A stretch of DNA of 64,000 bases from a virus: IMG/VR virus record IMGVR_UViG_3300046169_000120, positions 1 through 64,000 of that record; one strand, 5' to 3'. Numbering within the stretch: position 1 is the stretch's first letter; every line of letters begins with the position of its first letter. Below are positions 8,212 to 18,211 of the stretch, piece by piece. The position numbers and the translations under genes are program-made. The notes below the pieces were generated by a model. It saw only the letters and a list, made by a program, of their open reading frames with translations. It ran no database searches and had not been told where the DNA came from.

Positions 8212-10109
8212 TTGTATCCCAATGGAATAAATGTTACATTGTCTGCTATAGCATCTTTTCTATAATATTGCCGAAACACATGTTTAAAATTTTTGTAATG
8301 ATCAATTTCGGCGTGACAATGTTCGTCGCTCAAATGAACCAATATGCAATTCTTACCCTTAAACTTCTCAAAGTAATCGTTAAATTTCTTAGATCTATCA
8401 CTCAATACTTCTACATATTTCTTTGGATAAATACTTAAGTTATTCGAGTACATATCGCTATAAATTATAACACTATCCTCAGCAACAACCTGCATTTCTA
8501 TATCAAATATTTTTTCGTAGTCATTATTATCAAATAATTCGTCAATAAAATCTTGTTCAAATAAATCTTTTTCCAAAATAATAATTTTATTAGTTACTTG
8601 ATTAACTAAATCCGAAACTTCGCCCTCAAACCCCCTTACATCAGAATTTTTATCTTCTTGAATGCCATTGCCTAACTCATGCCTTTGACAGGACATTAAG
8701 GGGTTTAAATGAAAAATTTGTCTAGCCCTTCCTTGCTCAATTAAAGTTTGCTGCATAAAATGATCTACGGCAAGATCCATACCACATTCATATACCTTAT
8801 CACACAACCTTACAGCAGCTTCTTTACTCAATATATATGAGTTAGTATTCATATGCCAAAAACAACTCGAACTACCAAAAAAACCATTTTCTTTAATTGT
8901 GCAAAAATAATCATTATATCGAATTAATACATCCTTGTAACGAGGCTTATTCCAGGGTTGACAGCCACCAAGGTAGATTAAGGAATATTCTGGCGGGACA
9001 CTATTGCTAAATACTTGATTCCAGAAGCTTATAAAGCCATCTTCAAAAACATTATCATCCTCAAGTATTAAATAATTTGAAGCAGACTTATCCCTTGAAA
9101 GTTTCTCCCATAATCTAAAATGACTAATTGCACAGCATATTTCGCCTTTATTTCTAGATTTCCATGTTTTAGGAAACAAAAGTTTACCCTCTTCACCCAT
9201 CTCCTCACTCATTGAATCCACCGCAGAGAATCTTTGAAATAAAAACCTAGCCTCTTTGTACATCTTATTTAATCTATCTAACCTCCTATCAAGATTTATA
9301 GCATAAACATTATCCACCTTTTGTAACCTAGTATTCATGAACTTATCCTCCTCTATACCCACAAAATCCGATAGTTGTCCATTAGCTCTATTCAACAAAA
9401 ACGGGAAGTTGTGTATTTTCCCTATATTTAATTTATACTTATTTACATGTTTCAGTAAATACTTTTCTGCGTGATAATATTCAGGTTCTTTTTTAATAGA
9501 GTAATATCTAGAACAATACACTGCAAGAGATAAGATATTCCTAGCCACAGCAAATCTATCGTTAATTCCGCCGAATTGCCCATAATCTATCTGGGGTAAA
9601 TTATCATAGTAGGGCGTAAGTAAATCGTAATCTTCACCCAAGCAATTAACATCAAAAGCATGAGTGTGGAACAAATCGCACCTAGATAATATGAATAAAT
9701 CATATTTGCTAGCATTTTTTTTAAAATTATTCCAGAAATACCCCAATCCATACAATTGCTTCAGGGAGTTTTTTATTGAAACAAAAGAGTCTTCACCCCA
9801 GGACTGACCAAACTTTAAGATCTCCGCAGCAAGTGAATCTATGTTTTCACTTAAATTTCTTTCTTCTTGATCAAAGAATACTTCTTTAAAATCAAAGTAT
9901 TTACCCATAGATTCACAATCTATACCCACAGGTAACTGACATGATTTATCATGCCTTTTATTAGAGAATTCTGAAGCTTTACTTGTAGTTAAAAAATAAT
10001 CAACATCATATCCCTTTAATTGACCCTCAACATTCTGCTGGAATGCTTCAAACTGTTTTTTATCAAAATTTTTAACTTGTCCAAAAAAAATATAAGCTAC
10101 CTTATTCAT
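8193..10109 (-). CDS. Multi-domain glycosyltransferase: uncharacterised GT-like domain + GT25 + N-terminal half of an exostosin-like domain
   Basis: YAINLDRRLDR, FSAVD, CAISHFRLW, LILEDD, IYLGG (GT25); HLSDE...FRQY...IPLGY at the C-terminus; start taken at ATG 10109. Confidence 0.8.
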   Translation of the reverse strand: MNKVAYIFFGQVKNFDKKQFEAFQQNVEGQLKGYDVDYFLTTSKASEFSNKRHDKSCQLPVGIDCESMGKYFDFKEVFFDQEERNLSENIDSLAAEILKFGQSWGEDSFVSIKNSLKQLYGLGYFWNNFKKNASKYDLFILSRCDLFHTHAFDVNCLGEDYDLLTPYYDNLPQIDYGQFGGINDRFAVARNILSLAVYCSRYYSIKKEPEYYHAEKYLLKHVNKYKLNIGKIHNFPFLLNRANGQLSDFVGIEEDKFMNTRLQKVDNVYAINLDRRLDRLNKMYKEARFLFQRFSAVDSMSEEMGEEGKLLFPKTWKSRNKGEICCAISHFRLWEKLSRDKSASNYLILEDDNVFEDGFISFWNQVFSNSVPPEYSLIYLGGCQPWNKPRYKDVLIRYNDYFCTIKENGFFGSSSCFWHMNTNSYILSKEAAVRLCDKVYECGMDLAVDHFMQQTLIEQGRARQIFHLNPLMSCQRHELGNGIQEDKNSDVRGFEGEVSDLVNQVTNKIIILEKDLFEQDFIDELFDNNDYEKIFDIEMQVVAEDSVIIYSDMYSNNLSIYPKKYVEVLSDRSKKFNDYFEKFKGKNCILVHLSDEHCHAEIDHYKNFKHVFRQYYRKDAIADNVTFIPLGYKKGFKS

Positions 10110-11196
10110 TTTTAAGCAAATCAATATATACAGAGATATTACTTTCTTTATTAGGGCAAAACCCCCTTAGTAAATCACTTGCATCTTTTTTATAATCATT
10201 AATTATTAAGGAGTGATTTTGTATCGCGCTCTTCAATTGATTCGCCCCCATATTAACATCAAACTCAGGATAGTAATAACCGACACCCTCCAATACAGGA
10301 GAGTTATGAATTAAAGGTAGTCCTAGATACAAAACCTCCAAGTAAGAATAACTTAACTCATTGTAGATTTGGTGCGCAATCACTGTACTACCAAATCTAC
10401 TCAATGCATCCAATGCTCCCCATCTATTATTAAAGTAACATTTTTCCTCCGCACTGACTATAGAAAATTGATTCATTAATTTCTCAAAGAATTTATTGCG
10501 TCTAACTCTCTCGCAGGAAAATACATTAACCGAATCAAGCTCCTTGGGAAACATATTATTAAATCTCTCACATATAGCGATCGGGATAATACAATTTTTT
10601 ATATGTGATAAATTTGGCTCAAATATACAAATCTTACCGACATCCTTTTTCCTGAAATAAGGGCTGTAAGATTTTTCTGAAAGTTTCTTAACCTTATCTT
10701 CAATAAAAAAACTCGACCAAATATAAGGTACGGTATAAACATTTTTCGTGTCATAATAAGTTTTAATATACTCCTTGGAAAAATCATGACAAGGAGAAAT
10801 CCAAACTTGGTCAATAAAATTACTTTTTTGCAGAGGTTCTCTTTTCGAATCGCTACTACAAATCCCATAATTCACATCATCCATTAACTTATTACCGAAG
10901 TGTAAAAGTATTATTTTTAATTTCTTATTCCTCCTTTTTAATTTGCTATACATTTCCGGTAGCAAATCGAAGCCGGCTACAATAATTACATCGAAAATCT
11001 CTGAATTATCATTAAGCACGTCATCAAGCATCATACCTTTATGATCCTTATGCAACTCATAACTCGGAGATTTATAGGTTAAATAATAACAATCATTCTT
11101 CGCTTGACTCAATAAACTATACAAGAAAACGATATTTTGCTGCATGCCATTTGCCCAAAATGCAATGGACATATCCAAAGTTATTCCTATTTTCAT
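10102..11196 (-). CDS. DUF2827-like putative glycosyltransferase
   Basis: MKIGIT...WANGMQQN, VPYIWS, IFEPN, LPLIHNS...GYYYP. Confidence 0.75.
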   Translation of the reverse strand: MKIGITLDMSIAFWANGMQQNIVFLYSLLSQAKNDCYYLTYKSPSYELHKDHKGMMLDDVLNDNSEIFDVIIVAGFDLLPEMYSKLKRRNKKLKIILLHFGNKLMDDVNYGICSSDSKREPLQKSNFIDQVWISPCHDFSKEYIKTYYDTKNVYTVPYIWSSFFIEDKVKKLSEKSYSPYFRKKDVGKICIFEPNLSHIKNCIIPIAICERFNNMFPKELDSVNVFSCERVRRNKFFEKLMNQFSIVSAEEKCYFNNRWGALDALSRFGSTVIAHQIYNELSYSYLEVLYLGLPLIHNSPVLEGVGYYYPEFDVNMGANQLKSAIQNHSLIINDYKKDASDLLRGFCPNKESNISVYIDLLKNE

Positions 11197-12263
11197 ACAA
11201 ATAAATCTCTGTATTTATCTTTTACTAGTGGATTTTTTGGTGAATATCTATATAAAACTTCTTGTGAGGACTCCCTGTACTCGGCTAGGTTTTTATCGTG
11301 ATAGGTTAAGGCTTCATGCAAAGCTTCCGCCCCAAGTTGAATCTCGTAATCTGGATAATAATAACCGGCACTCTTTATATATTCAGAATTATGAATAAGA
11401 GGAATATTGAAATACAAAGCCTCTAGATATGTATAGTTCAATGCGTTTAATAATTGATGTGATATAATAACGTTTGATTCTTTTGCAAAAATCAAACTAA
11501 CTTTCTTTCTATCCGCAAATGTTATTTTACCTTTTTTAACAATATCTAGGTTCCACATTAAAGACCTAAAATACTTTTTATCCCTAATAGATGAAGAACA
11601 ATAAACGATCATCTTTTCAAATAAATTTTCGCTTTTATTCATTAATTCATCTGCTATAAAAATGGAAGGGATACAATTTTTGGTCATGTTAAGATTTGGT
11701 TCTAACACTCCGAGAACCTTCTCCCTCTGAGGATCATACTGACATGTCTTACCGTCTTGATTTAATATAGACTCATGGATTTTAATATATTTATCGTCCC
11801 AAATATATGGTAATTCGAAAACTTTTTGAGTTTTATAGTATGTTCTAAAATAAGAAAAAGAGAACTTATAATGAGGAGAAACCCAGGCTTCGTCAACTCG
11901 ATAAGCGTCAATACATGTATTATCCCATTTGGACTGTTCAACATCAGCAAGTAACCTATTACCGTAATGAATATGTATGTTTTTGCAATTAGGGTTTTTA
12001 CTTTTTAAGTAATCTATGTCAGATTTAGAAACTACCCATCCAGTTTGTAGTAAATAGTCAACATTATCCAAGTCTCTTATTTCATTATGTTTTATCAATA
12101 ATATATCCGTAGGAGGATCTACACTATCATCAATGTCGTGACTTAATGCAATAATCGGGGTATGCCCTAAGTCTTTTATCAATTCAGCAAGAAAAACAAT
12201 ATTCTGCTGAAGGCCATTACAAAACAATCCTTTATCAAAGCTCGCGGTTAACAATATATTCAT
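11193..12263 (-). CDS. DUF2827-like putative glycosyltransferase (paralog)
   Basis: NGLQQN, LPYIWD, LEPNLN, ISHQ..NALNY, PLIHNS...GYYYP. Confidence 0.75.
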   Translation of the reverse strand: MNILLTASFDKGLFCNGLQQNIVFLAELIKDLGHTPIIALSHDIDDSVDPPTDILLIKHNEIRDLDNVDYLLQTGWVVSKSDIDYLKSKNPNCKNIHIHYGNRLLADVEQSKWDNTCIDAYRVDEAWVSPHYKFSFSYFRTYYKTQKVFELPYIWDDKYIKIHESILNQDGKTCQYDPQREKVLGVLEPNLNMTKNCIPSIFIADELMNKSENLFEKMIVYCSSSIRDKKYFRSLMWNLDIVKKGKITFADRKKVSLIFAKESNVIISHQLLNALNYTYLEALYFNIPLIHNSEYIKSAGYYYPDYEIQLGAEALHEALTYHDKNLAEYRESSQEVLYRYSPKNPLVKDKYRDLFV

Positions 12264-12294
12264 ACGATGAATTATTACACATTTTTTTTTGTGG

Positions 12295-12774
12295 TTAATC
12301 CCTATGTATGGAAATATCTAAATAATTCCCAGTCTCACCTATAGTATCTGAGAATGACACGTTAAACCCAGTGATTGAAACATTAAATGTGGAATGAGCA
12401 TAAAAGAAATCTGAGTTATCATCAACCCTCATAGAAACATTTACTTGAGGTGGAAATGAATAAGTGGAGGTATCACCAATATTACTATAGTCATACGATA
12501 AAGTATCAACTCCAGAAGGTATATCTAATGACGTCGAAAAGGTTCTTTGAGCAGTGATCGCATCGTCTAGACTCTCTCCGAGTTTCCTAATTTTAACCCA
12601 ATCTGTATTATTATTGTCTCCAGTTTTTTCATATATATCATTAGTCTCAGAATCTATATAATGAGAACCTACAACACCAGCCGCCTTTGAACTGCTAGAT
12701 GGAGGCCCAATATCTGAAATTAAAGGCTTCCTTATGCCCAAATTGGCATTAACGAAAGTTTCGAACGCGCCCAT
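12295..12774 (-). CDS. Virion/fibre-associated protein with an H-type-lectin-like C-terminal domain
   Basis: GSHYIDSETNDIYEK motif; PPQVNVS...TGFNVSFSD resembles the C-termini of 2512 and 36168; directly downstream of portal. Confidence 0.55.
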   Translation of the reverse strand: MGAFETFVNANLGIRKPLISDIGPPSSSSKAAGVVGSHYIDSETNDIYEKTGDNNNTDWVKIRKLGESLDDAITAQRTFSTSLDIPSGVDTLSYDYSNIGDTSTYSFPPQVNVSMRVDDNSDFFYAHSTFNVSITGFNVSFSDTIGETGNYLDISIHRD

Positions 12775-12777
12775 AGA

Positions 12778-14769
12778 TTAACTCCTCCTGTTACTGTGAA
12801 ACAAAAGAGCGGCAGAGTACAAATCTAAACCATGATCAAATGATAAACTTTGAATTTCATTCATTGCATTAAGTTGCTCAATAGAATCCGGGTTATCAAT
12901 GCAATTAGTTAACTCCTTCAACCAATCATCCTTAGGGGAAGCGAGTATCACTGATTGACACAACTCATCAATCATTGATTTGTCAGTCTTTTTCAACTTT
13001 GTCTTGCTGAGTTTTTTGCGCATTTGTTTGTAACCCTCATCTCTCAACCTCTCTGTCGCATATATAGTTTGCTGAAGATTTTTGCGCGAAAATAATTCTT
13101 TTGCAGAAGAACTTCTTTCCTGGGGGCTACCAGAAGTACCGATTGGCCTACCAATTTCTTTTTTTGCCTGTGGAACGTTCGTTTCATCAGAATTATCACC
13201 CTCAGGCTCAATCATTGGAACCCCTCCAATAATAGGATTATACATACCCTCTTTGCGTTGCTCTATATATTTTTCTTGAGCTAATTCCATTTCCTCAGGT
13301 TTTGGATAAGAGCCCTTTTCAAGAACGTCCATTCCTTGCTCAGGCGTAATAATTCCGAGTTCCATCAGTCTAGTGGCAACTCTCTGTAGTTGAACTTCGT
13401 CCTTGATATCAGTTTGTTCAAATTTAACAGTTGGATATTTCCTAAAGCCAAGGTTCTGACAAACCATTTTTACTTGAGGTTGCAGGAAGTCGTGTATGAA
13501 TGCATTGCGCGATTCCTCTAAACGTTCTAAAAATATTTTAGCCTTAACTTGAGTATTACTGTAACGCTCGTCACCAACAATAACATTTTGCAATCCCTCT
13601 TTGATATCATTGTTAATCACTTCGTATTTTGCAGGTCCAACAACTTTACCAATATCAGGGATAACAAATTGAGCCTTGGTTGTATAATCACTAACAAGCA
13701 CACGACCGACACTTTCATTTTTGAAAAGGTTTTGCATTGCCTCCATATTTCTTGGGTTAATACCTCCCTTATCTGGCTCGGCGCCCATTGTAATCAATAA
13801 TATAACATTCTCAATTGTACGACATATAGCTTGATCAATTTGTTTTAATTCTAATTTAAAGTTAATGTCATCAAGAACAGGGTATCCAAACGGAATAGCA
13901 AATGGTTCGTAGTCCTGCTTTTTATAAAATGAGTATACGAGATGCCCGGGGTCCAGCTTTATTCGAATTCCATCGCTATTGTATTTACCATTTTGAATTT
14001 TCTCCCTCGTATCATCACTCAAGGCTTCATATACCTGCTGATCGTACTCGGTTTTGGGGTTCTTTAATCTTTCTATATCGTACTCACTTAAAATCTTCTC
14101 ATATAACCCTGTCTCAAATGAAGATCCTTTTGTTGCGACAATATCATAAGGGTTCAATAAAATATATTTTACAGGTAAATTTCCAGGTTTAAGAGCTAGA
14201 GAAGATCCGTATATTTTAGTTAACTTATCAAAATCAGATTTGGAAAACTTACCATCAACACGATACATGAAGATGTTACCACTCCGATAATACTCGCGAA
14301 AATATTGATCTTTTAAATTCCACAAGTTAATCCTATCAAACCATTTATATACAAAGTCTCTTGAGTTTTGAGTACCTCCCTCGAGATATATGTTAGAATT
14401 TGCAAATTCCGACATTACATCGATTGCATTTCTAAACACAGAAATATTCGCATATGCTTTTTGGCAAAGCTCTATAGTGTCACGAACATTAACTCCGTCA
14501 CTTCCATACACATATGGTAATATTCCACTAGAAATATTAGAAAATCTATGTTTTTTATTAGATTTATGTGCTACATTTCGTCTTGAAGTAAATTCTTCTG
14601 ACCCTGATTGCGTTCGACTATAGTTGGCCTGAGATTCAATATAGTAAGGTTCTCCTGAGGATGATGGCCCGACCGTTGAAGAATCAACAAAGTCTCTCAA
14701 ATCTTTAGGTTCACTCTTGTTAAACTTTTGCCAGTAATCAGAGCGCTTGACGTATTTTCTCTTACTCAT
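12778..14769 (-). CDS. Portal protein
   Basis: 663 aa; VFRNAIDVMSEF, REYYRSGN, FYKKQDYEPFAIP; size and pattern typical of large-phage portals. Confidence 0.75.
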   Translation of the reverse strand: MSKRKYVKRSDYWQKFNKSEPKDLRDFVDSSTVGPSSSGEPYYIESQANYSRTQSGSEEFTSRRNVAHKSNKKHRFSNISSGILPYVYGSDGVNVRDTIELCQKAYANISVFRNAIDVMSEFANSNIYLEGGTQNSRDFVYKWFDRINLWNLKDQYFREYYRSGNIFMYRVDGKFSKSDFDKLTKIYGSSLALKPGNLPVKYILLNPYDIVATKGSSFETGLYEKILSEYDIERLKNPKTEYDQQVYEALSDDTREKIQNGKYNSDGIRIKLDPGHLVYSFYKKQDYEPFAIPFGYPVLDDINFKLELKQIDQAICRTIENVILLITMGAEPDKGGINPRNMEAMQNLFKNESVGRVLVSDYTTKAQFVIPDIGKVVGPAKYEVINNDIKEGLQNVIVGDERYSNTQVKAKIFLERLEESRNAFIHDFLQPQVKMVCQNLGFRKYPTVKFEQTDIKDEVQLQRVATRLMELGIITPEQGMDVLEKGSYPKPEEMELAQEKYIEQRKEGMYNPIIGGVPMIEPEGDNSDETNVPQAKKEIGRPIGTSGSPQERSSSAKELFSRKNLQQTIYATERLRDEGYKQMRKKLSKTKLKKTDKSMIDELCQSVILASPKDDWLKELTNCIDNPDSIEQLNAMNEIQSLSFDHGLDLYSAALLFHSNRRS

Positions 14770-14782
14770 TTATTATGGTACA

Positions 14783-14832
14783 CAAAAGTTAAAGTAAAGT
14801 CTAACAAAAGTTAAAAGTCAACTTTGAACTTT
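14783..14832. repeat. AAAGT-rich short repeats between divergent GTGTA motifs
   Basis: CAAAAGTTAAA twice, five AAAGT and two inverted ACTTT within 50 bp. Confidence 0.6.
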
Positions 14833-14864
14833 ATTTATTATTTAGAATGTGTATATATAACTTT

Positions 14865-15044
14865 ATGTCGAACGAAAAAAACAAAAGGTGTCTAGTTATG
14901 ACGAGTAACGGAGAGATTAAAGGGACTATTATAAACCAGTACGAAGAAATCGGTGGTCCAGATGACGGTGCAGTTTTTGCGGTTATTGACTTGGATAATG
15001 GGCAAATCATTACAGTTAAAATGAGTGAAATTTTTCAAGGATAA
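14865..15044 (+). CDS. Small hypothetical protein
   Basis: ORF with GTGTA 11 nt upstream of ATG 14865. Confidence 0.6.
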   Translation: MSNEKNKRCLVMTSNGEIKGTIINQYEEIGGPDDGAVFAVIDLDNGQIITVKMSEIFQG

Positions 15045-15065
15045 AGGTGTAACTATATATCAACA

Positions 15066-15698
15066 ATGAGCCAGCATACAGAAAGTCCGTCCTTTAGGTA
15101 TAGTAATGACAATAGAGATCTCTCAGATTCCGTTTTCACAAAGTACCCCTCCCAACAAACGATTTCACCTACATCAACAAAGGGTCAGAGAAATTATTAC
15201 TCAAATGATAATGGAGGGTATTACGCAAACTCGAACAGGTCAAACCTTTCAGTAGTAGATCCAGGTAATAATACCCAGTATCCAAATCAAAACAAGCCCC
15301 AAGAATTAATATTATTCACACAAGCTTTAGCTGGAAGCACTGTTTTAGATGTAGGCACTGCAGACGTTTCAAATTTGAGCATAGGTGACACTGTAATCTT
15401 AAGTCAAGGTACAGCCATTGAGGAAGAGGGTGTTATTGCTGGTTTTGCATCAATAATACTTGAAGATCCTCTTCAATTTACTCATCCAATAGGAACGCCG
15501 ATAATCAAGAAAGTTATTACAGATACCACCGATAATGAATGGTTAACTGAATTTGGAGACAAGGTAATGACTCAATCCGGAGATTCCTTTGTATGGAATC
15601 TCGGAGGAAGCTCGACTGTAAACATTGGAGCAATTAAAATAGAGTCAGATAACCTCTTATTGATTGAATCTGGTGGAGTACTACTGTTAGATAATTAA
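15066..15698 (+). CDS. Hypothetical protein, probably virion-associated
   Basis: S/T/N/G-rich, beta-type sequence; GTGTA upstream. Confidence 0.55.
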   Translation: MSQHTESPSFRYSNDNRDLSDSVFTKYPSQQTISPTSTKGQRNYYSNDNGGYYANSNRSNLSVVDPGNNTQYPNQNKPQELILFTQALAGSTVLDVGTADVSNLSIGDTVILSQGTAIEEEGVIAGFASIILEDPLQFTHPIGTPIIKKVITDTTDNEWLTEFGDKVMTQSGDSFVWNLGGSSTVNIGAIKIESDNLLLIESGGVLLLDN

Positions 15699-15702
15699 TA
15701 AA

Positions 15703-17841
15703 ATGGTTTTCGCTATACTAACATTAATATCTGCGCTCAGTATTTCTGTTATTGCGGCATATTTTAGCATTATTGGACTTGCTACGATTTTCCCAGGATC
15801 AATTGAAGCGGTTATTGCAATGGGAGCTGCGCTCGAAATTGGTAAAATTGTTGCCGCGATTTGGCTACATAAAAACTGGAAGACAGCTCCAACAACATTA
15901 AGAATATATCTTTTCGGAGCAATCGTTGTTTTAATGGGTATAACAAGCATGGGAATCTTTGGTTTTTTATCCAAGTCTCATATCGAACACGAGCAGCATG
16001 CCGAAAAAGCTGCGACGCTTGTGGCTCAAGTCGAAACCAAGATTAATCGCGAGAAACAATACATTGCTCGACAAAAAGAACTTATACAACAAAGCGAAGA
16101 TAAAAACCAAAACCGTAGCGACAAAAGCGCAGAGAACATCGATCTCGAACAAAAGAAAATAGATCAACTTACAGCTCAACTTGAAAAAGATATCGCGCTA
16201 GACAGTAAAATGCTCGCGCCAATTCAAGACAGAATCAATCAACTCAACACAGAACTAAACGAAGTACAAAACAAACCTGGTGGATTATTCTCAAACAAAA
16301 AGAAAGATATAGAAAACAAAGTTACCGAGCAAGCCGCAGAGCGCGAAGAACTTGCCATAAAGAAAAAAGAAATCGAGAGTCGCATATCAAAATACAGAAA
16401 CGAAACATCTGCGCTTATATCTGACATTCGTAAACGCATACAAGAATATCAAAACATAGGATTCGAGAAGCCAGAAGATGCAGAAGAAAAAATAGAGAAA
16501 TACAACTCTAACATCTCGAATTCGCAAGAAAAAATTGACGCATTAGAAGTAGAGAAATTTGACCTAGATGATGGATCTCGCCAGCTTGAAGCTGAAGTTG
16601 GTCCCATTAAATACGTTGCCGAATTGGTTGCAGATTTTACGGGTATGGAATTTGATATCGGTAAAGCCGTAAGAATGGTAATAATTATATTGATTTTTGT
16701 ATTTGACCCATTAGCTGTATTACTAGTTCTTGCTGCACACATAAGCTTGAGCAAGCGATTCCCTAAAGCTATGCAAGATGAAACAATTGTAATTGAAAAG
16801 ATTGCAGAAATGGAACTGCAAAGTAAAGCTATAGAACAAGAAGAACTTGATCTCGAAGAACGCAAAAAAGATATCGAACAAGATCGTAAAATGATTGAAC
16901 TCAATGAAAATCAAATTAAAAAATATCAACAAGAAATTTCCAGCAGTAAAGAAACATTACGCCAACTCAAACTTGAAGCACAAAAACAACTCCTTGAACA
17001 AGAAGATACGAGTGAAATAACCGCCGAGCTTGAACAGTTAATAAGTCAAAAACAAACGGCAGAAGACGAAATAAAAGAAATAAAAATACAAAAAAATAAA
17101 ATACTTAGCAAAGCAGATGAAACAATAAAAAGCGCGCGCGAAATAAAACAAGTTTTTGGAAACCACAAAGAAAACAAAGAAAAAATAGAACAGTTAAAAT
17201 CAGAAATATGTATAAATATAGAACAATTTGAAAAATTAAAAAATCAAATACAAGCCCTTGAATCAACAAATAAAGATCTTGACGCAAATCGAATCAATCT
17301 TGAGTCAACCACCGCGAATCTTGAAACACAAAAACAAAATCTAGAAACTCAAACTGCAGAGCTCGAAAGTGAAAAAGCAGAATTGTTAAACAAAAACTCT
17401 GATCTTGAAGCGCTTGTATCAAAACTTGAAGCAGAAAACGAAGAGTTGCGAAACACTCCAATTCCCGACCCAAATCCAGAACTTAAAAACAAAATCGCGC
17501 AACTCATCGATCAAAAGAATGAACTTCTCGAAGAAAATCTTGTGATCAAAAATCAAAAACTTTTCGCAGTACAAATACATTCTATCGACAACAAACACTT
17601 TGAATTGATTGTTCCATCCTCTATCAGCGGAAAACATATGTTTCAAAAAGAAGATGATTATACACAAGATCAAATAAGTAAATTTATCACACTAAGCGAA
17701 CAAATTGATAAAGCGTGCCCTGATCGTGATAACCAGCAACTTGAAGCAATATATAATAAAAAGATAACCTCTACCATTGACCCAAAAATGAACAATAGAG
17801 ACTATCGCAAGCATCGCCCCAACTACTCTTTTTTCGCTTGA
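15703..17841 (+). CDS. Membrane-anchored long coiled-coil protein
   Basis: Three N-terminal hydrophobic segments, coiled coil, central GPIKY...IILIFVFDPLAVLLVLA segment, second coiled coil. Confidence 0.75.
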   Translation: MVFAILTLISALSISVIAAYFSIIGLATIFPGSIEAVIAMGAALEIGKIVAAIWLHKNWKTAPTTLRIYLFGAIVVLMGITSMGIFGFLSKSHIEHEQHAEKAATLVAQVETKINREKQYIARQKELIQQSEDKNQNRSDKSAENIDLEQKKIDQLTAQLEKDIALDSKMLAPIQDRINQLNTELNEVQNKPGGLFSNKKKDIENKVTEQAAEREELAIKKKEIESRISKYRNETSALISDIRKRIQEYQNIGFEKPEDAEEKIEKYNSNISNSQEKIDALEVEKFDLDDGSRQLEAEVGPIKYVAELVADFTGMEFDIGKAVRMVIIILIFVFDPLAVLLVLAAHISLSKRFPKAMQDETIVIEKIAEMELQSKAIEQEELDLEERKKDIEQDRKMIELNENQIKKYQQEISSSKETLRQLKLEAQKQLLEQEDTSEITAELEQLISQKQTAEDEIKEIKIQKNKILSKADETIKSAREIKQVFGNHKENKEKIEQLKSEICINIEQFEKLKNQIQALESTNKDLDANRINLESTTANLETQKQNLETQTAELESEKAELLNKNSDLEALVSKLEAENEELRNTPIPDPNPELKNKIAQLIDQKNELLEENLVIKNQKLFAVQIHSIDNKHFELIVPSSISGKHMFQKEDDYTQDQISKFITLSEQIDKACPDRDNQQLEAIYNKKITSTIDPKMNNRDYRKHRPNYSFFA

Positions 17842-17866
17842 CATTCTGAATAAAATAAGCTACACT
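17838..17866 (+). promoter_or_regulatory. sigma70-type promoter, probably leaderless transcript
   Basis: TTGACA-N17-TACACT, 6 nt before GTG 17873. Confidence 0.8.
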
Positions 17867-17872
17867 GATTGA

Positions 17873-18211
17873 GTGAAAAAACTCAACAAGCGAGATTTAA
17901 TTAAAAAACTAGTAGTCGAACCTGACAAACAAAAGCGTATGTTTTGGGCGCGAGAAATGAAGTTGCTCAATGACCTACTTAAAATGTTCCCAAATCAAGA
18001 TTTTTGGCAACGTATGACAATTGATAAAGTTCCGTCTCTTGCGATGCTTCGGTCTGACTACGGATTGGAAAAAATAAGAAAGAAATACCGCGAGTTCAAT
18101 TATAAAATTCCTGAAAAAATAGAGATTCCCCTTGGAGAAAAAACGGGAGAAGATAAAATCTTATCGAAAAAACCTAAAACAATACGACAATTTATAGATG
18201 AGCAAAACTAA
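17873..18211 (+). CDS. Hypothetical basic protein
   Basis: First ORF of the replication operon; overlaps recA start. Confidence 0.7.
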   Translation: MKKLNKRDLIKKLVVEPDKQKRMFWAREMKLLNDLLKMFPNQDFWQRMTIDKVPSLAMLRSDYGLEKIRKKYREFNYKIPEKIEIPLGEKTGEDKILSKKPKTIRQFIDEQN

